From: an uncultured Actinomycetes bacterium
GTDB taxonomy: Bacteria; Actinomycetota; Acidimicrobiia; Acidimicrobiales; JACCXE01
Reading direction: 5' to 3'
Assembly: GCA_963718605.1 (NCBI GenBank)
Contig: OY970363.1
Location: forward strand, 1,262,150 to 1,326,149
Length of the DNA: 64,000 nt
The notes under the pieces are model-generated. The model saw only the letters and a program-made list of their open reading frames with translations, ran no database searches and had not been told where the DNA came from. Positions 57,374 to 64,000 of this stretch are shown here, one piece after another (positions within the stretch are counted from its first letter, which is position 1; each line of letters begins with the position of its first letter). The position numbers and the translations under genes are program-made.

Positions 57374-58239
57374 GCCGACATGCTGGCACGCCCGGAGCCG
57401 CCGTACAGCCCGAGCTCTTCCGCGGCGTCGCCCGGCAAGCGATATCCCTCATTGGGGCCGGGGAAAGTGCGGGCCCGGACGTCAGCGGCGTAGCGCGCCA
57501 CGGCCTCGACGCCATCGGACTTCATCTCGGCGTAGCGGCGGACGAAGCGCGGCGTAACCCTGTCCTCAAGACCGAGCAGGTCGTGCATCACCAACACCTG
57601 GCCGTCGCAGGTGGAGCCGGCGCCGATACCGATCGTGGGGACCGACACGGCTTCGGTAACGAGCGTGGCGACGTCGTCGGGAACGCACTCGAGCACGATC
57701 GCGAAAACGCCTGCTTCGACCAGAGCCTGCGCGTCCTGGATCAACAGGCGAGCGGCCTCAGCCGTTCGCCCCTGCACCTTGAAGCCACCCAGCGCGTGGA
57801 CAGATTGCGGTGTGAGGCCGAGGTGTCCCATCACGGGGATTTCGGCGTCGACGATCGCTTCAATCACCGGTACGCGCTTGGCGCCGCCTTCGAGTTTCAC
57901 GGACTTCGCGCCGGCACGGATCAACTTGGCGGCGTTGCCGACCGCGTCGTTTGCGCCTTGGTGGTAGCTCATCCACGGCAGATCGCCGACGATCAGGGCC
58001 CGCGGGTTGGTGCGAGCGACGGCCGCCGTGTGGTGGGCCATGTCGTCGATAGTCACTTGGAGGGTGTCGTCGTAGCCGAGCACGACCATGGCGACCGAGT
58101 CCCCCACGAGGATCAGGTCGACGCCGGCGTCGTCGGCGATACGCGCGGTCGGCGCGTCGTACGCAGTGACCATCACCAACGGTGTTTGGCCCTTCGCGGC
58201 GCGCACGTCAGGAACAGTGACTGGTTTGAGACCAGACAT
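57370..58239 (-). CDS. panB: 3-methyl-2-oxobutanoate hydroxymethyltransferase
   Basis: MVTAYD, ILVGDS, VKLEGG, MGHLGLTPQS, GIGAG..CDGQVLV. Confidence 0.97.
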   Translation of the reverse strand: MSGLKPVTVPDVRAAKGQTPLVMVTAYDAPTARIADDAGVDLILVGDSVAMVVLGYDDTLQVTIDDMAHHTAAVARTNPRALIVGDLPWMSYHQGANDAVGNAAKLIRAGAKSVKLEGGAKRVPVIEAIVDAEIPVMGHLGLTPQSVHALGGFKVQGRTAEAARLLIQDAQALVEAGVFAIVLECVPDDVATLVTEAVSVPTIGIGAGSTCDGQVLVMHDLLGLEDRVTPRFVRRYAEMKSDGVEAVARYAADVRARTFPGPNEGYRLPGDAAEELGLYGGSGRASMSA

Positions 58240-58295
58240 GGCTTTCCTCCTTCAAACCTCGTCTCGCGCCGGGTGGCTGCAAGCGAGGTCGCCCA

Positions 58296-58505
58296 GTGTA
58301 CTTTCGGCGGGTGTCCGATGCATCCGCGTGCGAGAACTGCGCTCGTTCCGAAGCCGACGAGGCCAATCTGGTCCCGGTCCACCGTGTGTACCTGCAAATC
58401 GACGAGTGGGGCGAGGAAGAGCCCAAGGCCACGGTGGTCGACGAAGTCGAGCGCTGGTGCCGGTCGTGCCGGTCGATCTACCCGCACGAGGTCGTAGCGA
58501 CCTAA
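58296..58505 (+). CDS. Small CxxC...CxxC zinc-ribbon-like protein
   Basis: CENC ... ERWCRSCRSIYPH; GAGG SD before the GTG. Confidence 0.7.
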   Translation: MYFRRVSDASACENCARSEADEANLVPVHRVYLQIDEWGEEEPKATVVDEVERWCRSCRSIYPHEVVAT

Positions 58506-60664
58506 GGCGGCGGCGATCCCGAAGCGGACTCCTGCATCCCGGCGGACTCGGTGGTCGGGGTCTGCGAGACCGACGTTGTGGTCGGGCCGTACGGCGGGGC
58601 GGTCGTCGATGCATGCCCGCCGCGAGTCGTGACCTTCGGCGTGCTCGTTCCCGATCCGCTCGCATCGCCGACCGACGTCGTCGGCGCGGGCGCAGGCCGA
58701 TAGGACGAGCGGCTGGTGCCGAGCACCTTGCCTGGGAATCGCGTGACGGTCGGGAACGCGTCGAGCGTTTGTCCCTTGGTCACCGCGCTCATGAAGCGTC
58801 GCCAGATGTCGGCGGGCACCGAACCTCCGGTGACAGGCCTACCGCCGCGGAACTTCGCCAGGGTGCGCGCGTTGCCTTCGGGATAGCCCATCCACACCGC
58901 GGTCGTCAGCTTGGTGGTCGAGCCCACGAACCACGCGTCGCCGTAGTCCTGCGTTGTGCCGGTCTTGCCCATGAGCGTGCCGGGGCCTGCGGTCTTCAAA
59001 CGTGCGCCCACGCCGGTGCCGCGTTCGATTACCTGGGTCAAGGCGGTGTTGACGGTGTCGGCCTGCTCGCGCGACAGCACGCGCACGTGCGCCGGTTCTG
59101 AGCGGAACAGCACGGCGCCGTCGGCGGTCTCGATTTTGCTGATGAACTGCGGAGCGATCCGCTCGCCGCGACGGGCCAGGGTCGAATACGCCGACGCAAT
59201 GTCGAGCGGCGACACCTCCACGGTGCCGAGCACGAGTGACGCCACCGACCGCAATGGCGCGGTGATGCCGAGGTCTTTGGCCGTCGCCGCGAGGTGATCG
59301 GCGCCGACTGCGACCTCGGCCTGCGCGTACACCGTGTTGATCGAGTTACGCGTGGCGTCGATGAGGTTGACGCTGCCGCCAAACGCGGCGTCGTCGTAGT
59401 TGTGCACGGGCCAGTCCTTGCCCGCGTCTGCCTTGGGCAGCACGATCTCGGCCGGCGCCGGGAACGCCGATTCAAGCGAATAGCCCTCTTTGACGATGTC
59501 GGCCAGCAGAAACGGCTTGAACGTCGAGCCGGGCTGGCGGCCTTTGCCGCCACCCTCCCGCCCGACTGCGAGGTTCACGTTCGAGGTGGCGAAGTCGCGG
59601 CCGCCGACCATGGCGCGCACGCGGCCCGCGTCATCGATCGCGACGAGCGCGCCCGAGGGGTCGCTGCCTCGGTTGAGGAGGCCGTACACCGCGTTGTATG
59701 CGGCGCGCTGCGCGCCGATGTCGATGTTCGTGGTGACGCGTAGCCCGCCGCCGAGCGCGACCTTCTCGCCGTAGTCGCGCACGAGGATGCGCCGCACGTA
59801 GTCGACGACGTATTCGGTACCGGCCTCCGCGGCGACCACACGCGGGGCGGCGTTGCGCTTGGTCACGACGTAGCTCGCGATGGGTTGGGTCTCGACCTCG
59901 GCGAGGTCAGCGCGGGTGATGTCGTGCGTGTCGACCATCGACGACAACGTGCGGTGCCGGCGCGCCGTCGCGGTCACGGGGTCGCGGGCGACGTCGGCCG
60001 ATTCCGGAGAACGGATGAGCCCCGCCAGGTAGGACGCCTCGCGCAGGCCGAGTTGGGTGACGTCGCGACCGAACCACGCCTGGGACGCGGCCTGCACGCC
60101 GTACGCGCCCCGTCCGAAGTACACGGTGTTGAGGTAGCGCTCGAGCAGCTCGTTCTTGGTCAGCTCCCGCTCGAGCTTCACCGCGAGCACCGCTTCTTTC
60201 AGCTTGCGCCAGACCGTGCGCTCCCGACCGACGTAGGTGTTCTTTACGTACTGCTGCGTGATCGTCGAGCCGCCTTGGAGATGACCACCGCGTAGGTCGT
60301 TCACAGTCGCGCGGGCCAGGCCGATCGGGTCGACGCCACCGTGTTCGTAGTAGTGCCGGTCCTCCGTGGCCAGCACGGCTCGGATCACCACTTTGGGGAC
60401 GGCCTTCAGCGAAACAGATACGCGGTTCTCCGTGCCGCTCAGCGTGGCGAGCCGGCTCCCATCAGCAGAAAACAGGAAGGTGGTCTGCGCGGGCGGCCCC
60501 GTGTCGGGCAACGGCACCCGCGACAGCACGAACAGCACGCCGGCGGCCGCGGTGAAGGCCAGCAGCCCAAACAGGAACAGCACGCGGCGGTAACGCCAGA
60601 CCCAACTGCGCTTCTTGCGGCGCGATGCGGGGCGGCGTTTAGCTGATTGCGGTCGCCCGGGCAT
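58502..60664 (-). CDS. ponA: Class A penicillin-binding protein (transglycosylase/transpeptidase)
   Basis: ATEDRHYYEHGGVD, GGSTITQQYVKN, RKLKE, YLNTVYFG (TG); QPGSTFK, SIN, GKTG (TP). Confidence 0.93.
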   Translation of the reverse strand: MPGRPQSAKRRPASRRKKRSWVWRYRRVLFLFGLLAFTAAAGVLFVLSRVPLPDTGPPAQTTFLFSADGSRLATLSGTENRVSVSLKAVPKVVIRAVLATEDRHYYEHGGVDPIGLARATVNDLRGGHLQGGSTITQQYVKNTYVGRERTVWRKLKEAVLAVKLERELTKNELLERYLNTVYFGRGAYGVQAASQAWFGRDVTQLGLREASYLAGLIRSPESADVARDPVTATARRHRTLSSMVDTHDITRADLAEVETQPIASYVVTKRNAAPRVVAAEAGTEYVVDYVRRILVRDYGEKVALGGGLRVTTNIDIGAQRAAYNAVYGLLNRGSDPSGALVAIDDAGRVRAMVGGRDFATSNVNLAVGREGGGKGRQPGSTFKPFLLADIVKEGYSLESAFPAPAEIVLPKADAGKDWPVHNYDDAAFGGSVNLIDATRNSINTVYAQAEVAVGADHLAATAKDLGITAPLRSVASLVLGTVEVSPLDIASAYSTLARRGERIAPQFISKIETADGAVLFRSEPAHVRVLSREQADTVNTALTQVIERGTGVGARLKTAGPGTLMGKTGTTQDYGDAWFVGSTTKLTTAVWMGYPEGNARTLAKFRGGRPVTGGSVPADIWRRFMSAVTKGQTLDAFPTVTRFPGKVLGTSRSSYRPAPAPTTSVGDASGSGTSTPKVTTRGGHASTTAPPYGPTTTSVSQTPTTESAGMQESASGSPPP

Positions 60665-60701
60665 GGGGTGTTGACGCTATGAGATTTTCGGGCCCAACGA
60701 C

Positions 60702-61355
60702 CTATCGCGACGCCGCGAGCGAACGGCGCGAGCGGACCACTTCAATCAGACAAATCACCGCAAATACCGCCACCCCGGCAGCTAGGCCACGGCCCGCCGT
60801 ATCGACCTCGGGCGGAAGTTCTCCGAGAAACGTCAGGCGGGCCGGCGCCAGGGCGATCCCGACCCCGGCGGCGACGCCGAGGTAGGAGGCGACCGTCGGT
60901 GGCCCCGGCGTGTGAACGTGGCGCGGTCCGCGCCACCACGTACCGACCAACAGCACGGCCGCGGCGCCCGCGACGAACGCGCCGCGCGTGCTCGGCTGAG
61001 CCGCCGCAACGCTGGCCAGGCCGGCAACCGCGGGCAGCCCGACGATTGCGTCGACGATCTCGGGCCAGTGCGCGAGCCGCCGGTCCACGAGAGACGGCCG
61101 GGCGCCGATTACGACGCCGGCGGCCACCAGCAGTGGGCCCAGACCCGCCGGCGCCGCGAACGCGGCAGTAGCGCCGACGCCCAGGGACGCCACCGCGAGC
61201 CCGCGCTCGCGCAGGACGGTGGCGACCACCACCATCGCCACGGCCGTGAAGACCACGACCGGCGCGTGCTCGGTGTTATGCCGAGCGATAACCACGCCGA
61301 GCCCACCGAAGGCCGCGATAGCGACCGGACGAATCAGAGCGATGCGGCGTAACAC
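60702..61355 (-). CDS. Hypothetical multi-pass membrane protein
   Basis: Six to seven hydrophobic segments; collinear with ponA. Confidence 0.7.
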   Translation of the reverse strand: MLRRIALIRPVAIAAFGGLGVVIARHNTEHAPVVVFTAVAMVVVATVLRERGLAVASLGVGATAAFAAPAGLGPLLVAAGVVIGARPSLVDRRLAHWPEIVDAIVGLPAVAGLASVAAAQPSTRGAFVAGAAAVLLVGTWWRGPRHVHTPGPPTVASYLGVAAGVGIALAPARLTFLGELPPEVDTAGRGLAAGVAVFAVICLIEVVRSRRSLAASR

Positions 61356-61365
61356 GCGTGCATCG

Positions 61366-61872
61366 TTACAGAGACGAGACGCCCACTCCGCCTCGTGTCG
61401 CGCCGCCGTAGTGCGCGATTTCCTTCGGCAGATCGAGCGGGAGCAACTCGCTACGACGCTGCAATGTTTCGTCGTTCAGGAGCGCTGCCGGCACCACCCA
61501 GGCGACTTCGAACTCGAGCCCATCGGGATCACGCCCGTACAAGCTCTTGGTGACCGAGTGATTGGTCGCGCCACCGAGCGATCCGACCTTCGACAACGCG
61601 TCCGCGATACGGGCAAGCTCGTCCAGCGTGTCGACTTCCCAGGCGAGGTGGTACATCCCGACCGTGGCGCGACCAGCGAGCGACGGCCCGGCCTCGGCAC
61701 CGATCTGGAAGAGGCCGAGGTCGTGGTCGTTGGTGGACGCCGACGCCTGCAGGAACGCGGCGCCCGGAAACTGGCTAACTACCCGGAACCCGAGTACATC
61801 GCTGTAGAACGCCACGCTGACGTCCACGTCACGGACATAGAGCACGGCGTGGTTGAGGCGAGTGATCGGCAC
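61366..61872 (-). CDS. VOC family protein (CatE-like)
   Basis: LNHAVLYVRD, NDHDLGL, MYHLAWEV, SLYGRDPDGLEFE. Confidence 0.9.
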   Translation of the reverse strand: MPITRLNHAVLYVRDVDVSVAFYSDVLGFRVVSQFPGAAFLQASASTNDHDLGLFQIGAEAGPSLAGRATVGMYHLAWEVDTLDELARIADALSKVGSLGGATNHSVTKSLYGRDPDGLEFEVAWVVPAALLNDETLQRRSELLPLDLPKEIAHYGGATRGGVGVSSL

Positions 61873-61875
61873 GAG

Positions 61876-62457
61876 TCAACGGTACCCAGTCGTGATACCG
61901 AGACCGACCGCGCCGAGCGCGACCGCGACCGCGATCCACGGTTGCCAACGCTCGCGGCGTTCGTTGGCCGCGCACACCCACCCCAAGGCGCCACCGACTA
62001 CGACTCCGGCGCCCCACACGACAACGCTCTTGGCCCCGCCGGCGAGCGAGGGTCCGGCGACGAGGGTGCCCCCGAGCGCGCCGAGCACCGCGCCAGTCCA
62101 GCGGTCACGCGACGCCAGGACGAGGCACGCGGCACTGGCCCACGCGGCGCCGACCGCAAGGCCGGACCCGGTGAAGCCGGCGGCGCCGAGCACCGCCTGT
62201 CCGCCGGCGATGTCGGCCAGGGCCGCGGTGCCAGTGCGGGCGATCGTCGCGACGCCCACCAGCGCCACCACCAGGGCGGTGAGCGCCGACGCGTCCGACA
62301 CGCCCGCCGCGACCGCGAGAGTCCAGATGTCGCCGCGCCCGGCCGCGGTCAGTACCGCGGCGGCGGCCAACGCGGCGTCGCGTACGGCGACGGGCAGCGT
62401 GGTGCGGGCCGGCGCCGCCAGCGGCGCGCGAACTACGGGACGGGTCCCCGTTTGCAT
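61876..62457 (-). CDS. Hypothetical Ala/Gly-rich membrane protein
   Basis: Multiple TM segments; start MQTG at 62457, TAATG overlap with DUF5318. Confidence 0.65.
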   Translation of the reverse strand: MQTGTRPVVRAPLAAPARTTLPVAVRDAALAAAAVLTAAGRGDIWTLAVAAGVSDASALTALVVALVGVATIARTGTAALADIAGGQAVLGAAGFTGSGLAVGAAWASAACLVLASRDRWTGAVLGALGGTLVAGPSLAGGAKSVVVWGAGVVVGGALGWVCAANERRERWQPWIAVAVALGAVGLGITTGYR

Positions 62458-62858
62458 TAGGCGCGACGTTGCCGGCCGCCGAGCGGTACCCGGCGCACGA
62501 GGTGGTTCCACGAGCAGGTGGGACAGACCTCGACGATGTAGCAGCTCAACTCTTCACCGGAACGATCGAGCCGGCGCATTTCGGCGGCGCTGTCCACGCA
62601 CCGGCCACGCGCCGGAAGCCGCGGCCCGAACGCGTAGGTGACGTGCACGAGGTCGTCGTCGGCGCACACCGGACACTCCTCGGTGGTGAGCACGCCAGCT
62701 TTGGCCGCCCGCATCAGCTCAGGATGCGCATCGCAGATGTCCTCACGCGTCACCTTGTTGGCGCGGAACTCGGCGAGCACGGCGTTGCGGGCCAGGCGGA
62801 AGTCGACTGCGGCGCTTCGGTCGTCCTCGGTGCGACGGCGCAGCGATTCGCTTCCCAC
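62457..62858 (-). CDS. DUF5318 family protein
   Basis: VDFRLARNAVL, DICDAHPELMRAA, CPVC, YIVEVCPTCSWNHL. Confidence 0.9.
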   Translation of the reverse strand: MGSESLRRRTEDDRSAAVDFRLARNAVLAEFRANKVTREDICDAHPELMRAAKAGVLTTEECPVCADDDLVHVTYAFGPRLPARGRCVDSAAEMRRLDRSGEELSCYIVEVCPTCSWNHLVRRVPLGGRQRRA

Positions 62859-62915
62859 GGGCGGAGACGGTACCGCTCCACGCGGACCCGGATGTCACAC
62901 CCGGTGTAGCTGCGA

Positions 62916-62962
62916 CGGCGGGGTTGGGGTCCCCGCCGGGAGCGATGAGCGCAGCGAAGAGC
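62916..62962. repeat. REP-like hairpin in the divergent DUF5318 / ECF spacer
   Basis: CGGCGGGG / CCCCGCCG stem followed by GAGCGCAGCGAAGAGC, resembling the gltBD spacer element. Confidence 0.5.
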
Positions 62963-63022
62963 CAAAGGCACCCGAAGGATGCCGCCGGTAACGGCGGGAT
63001 CCTTACGGACAAGAATCCGTCT

Positions 63023-63577
63023 GTGGACCGATCCGCCCGCTTCGGCGCGCTCTTCGCGGAGTTGTACGCGCCCCTACGGCGCTGGGCCCATCACCGCAAC
63101 ATCACAGGTCCTGACGCCGACGACTTGGTCGCGGAGGTCTTCACGATTGCGTGGCGCCGGTTCGACGACATCCCCGCCGACGCCGCCGTTCCTTGGCTCT
63201 ACGGCGTAGCGCGGAACGTGGCTCGCAACCATCGGCGCGGCGTCGCCCGCCGCGCCGCGTTGCAGCTCGTAGTGCCACCCGCGCCCAACGCGGCGCCGCC
63301 CGCCGAACCGGCCGACCCGGACTTCGCCGCGTTGCGACAGGCCCTCGACTCTCTCGGCGATGACGACAGAGAGATTCTGCAACTCGTCGCGTGGGACGGC
63401 CTGGAGCCCGCCGAAGCCGCGATCGCCCTGGGGTGCTCGGCGCCAACGGCACGGGTGCGCCTGTATCGCGCTCGGAAACGCTTCGCCGAAGCCCTTGACG
63501 CGGTAACGGCCGCATCCCACTCGACACGTAGCGAACGAGAACGATCACGTTCGCTTCAGGAGGTGCCCGATGTCTGA
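63023..63577 (+). CDS. ECF sigma-70 factor
   Basis: ADDLVAEVFTIAWRR, PWLYGVARN (region 2); DDREILQLVAWDGL..AEAA..LG...RVRLYRARKR (region 4). Confidence 0.92.
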   Translation: MDRSARFGALFAELYAPLRRWAHHRNITGPDADDLVAEVFTIAWRRFDDIPADAAVPWLYGVARNVARNHRRGVARRAALQLVVPPAPNAAPPAEPADPDFAALRQALDSLGDDDREILQLVAWDGLEPAEAAIALGCSAPTARVRLYRARKRFAEALDAVTAASHSTRSERERSRSLQEVPDV

Positions 63578-64000
63578 CGAATTGCTGGATCGATTGGCGG
63601 CGGCCCGTCCGCAGCCACCCGCAGATCTTCTCGAACCCAACCACGAACTGCTCGAGGAGATCTTGATGAATCAGGAAACGAAACCAAAGCGGGCGCGGTT
63701 TGCGTTCGCGGCCGCAGCGGCCGCAGCCGCGGTGATCGGTATCGCGATCGCGGTGCCGACCCACGACAGCCCGAAAGTGACCCCAACCGTCGCCGTGAAC
63801 ATGCGCACGATCGCTGAGTCCACCTCGGCGGCGCTCAGCTCAGGCCGCGCCCACCTCACCTACAGCGCGACGAACGACGGACACGGCCAAGACGGCGGAG
63901 AACTCACGATCGACTTCAGCGGCGAGAACCGGTCCACGGTCGGCACGATCTCGGCCCGCGACGCCACTTCCTTCGAGATCGCGAACAAGGTCGTCGACGG
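63570..64000 (+). CDS. Probable anti-sigma-like membrane protein (partial, runs off the window)
   Basis: Manual translation MSDELLDRLAAARPQPP...RARFAFAAAAAAAAVIGIAIAVP...; GGAGG SD, overlaps the sigma stop, single TM helix. Confidence 0.75.
   Translation, partial: MSDELLDRLAAARPQPPADLLEPNHELLEEILMNQETKPKRARFAFAAAAAAAAVIGIAIAVPTHDSPKVTPTVAVNMRTIAESTSAALSSGRAHLTYSATNDGHGQDGGELTIDFSGENRSTVGTISARDATSFEIANKVVD

Noticed and set aside
62893-62912. TGTCACACCC as a fourth RecA-NDp promoter
   Set aside because: The following TAGCTG is 8 nt away rather than 10 and lacks the final T of TANNNT.
1-64000. Prophage, IS, integron, tRNA, rRNA, tmRNA or defence island
   Set aside because: No integrase, transposase or phage structural genes, no att-like direct repeats and no cloverleaf or T-loop signatures found by eye. 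The only defence-like unit is the lone VapBC pair. tRNAscan and Infernal were not run.

Overview
GC-rich actinobacterial chromosome segment. Gene content resembles Acidimicrobiia (inference, no database search run). It is mostly core and metabolic DNA, with no integrase, transposase, phage genes, CRISPR array, rRNA or tRNA that I could detect. From left to right it holds: a partial amino-acid ABC substrate-binding lipoprotein; a VapBC-type toxin-antitoxin pair; an Lrp-amidinotransferase-rocD-putA arginine/proline catabolic cluster; an MpaB/DUF2236 oxygenase-ABC1(UbiB) kinase-aldehyde dehydrogenase-acyl-CoA ligase operon; a TetR with a divergent diiron protein and a clear operator; a small glycosylation locus; gltBD; a STAS/PP2C pair; a PLD-DinB-P450-SDR-QOR-hydrolase run; two tandem paralogous secreted proteins built from xTLPx pentapeptide repeats; rpsF-ssb-rpsR-rplI-dnaB; copCD-ycnI; mscL; panB; PBP1A/DUF5318; and an ECF sigma with a probable anti-sigma. 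The most interesting observations are: (1) the tandem VTLPT-repeat, 4-Cys secreted proteins, each with its own terminator; (2) the MpaB-ABC1-ALDH-CoA-ligase operon as a possible isoprenoid side-chain cleavage pathway; (3) a 27-bp-arm palindrome sitting in frame inside putA and related to dispersed REP-like hairpins; (4) a REP-derived mini-ORF bridging gltB and gltD; (5) RecA-NDp/PafBC-like promoters before rpsF-ssb, dnaB and a DUF2786 gene. Eight apparent frameshifts (seven within 10.4-13.8 kb) are all single-base insertions and are most likely sequencing errors. Family names come from motif recognition only.
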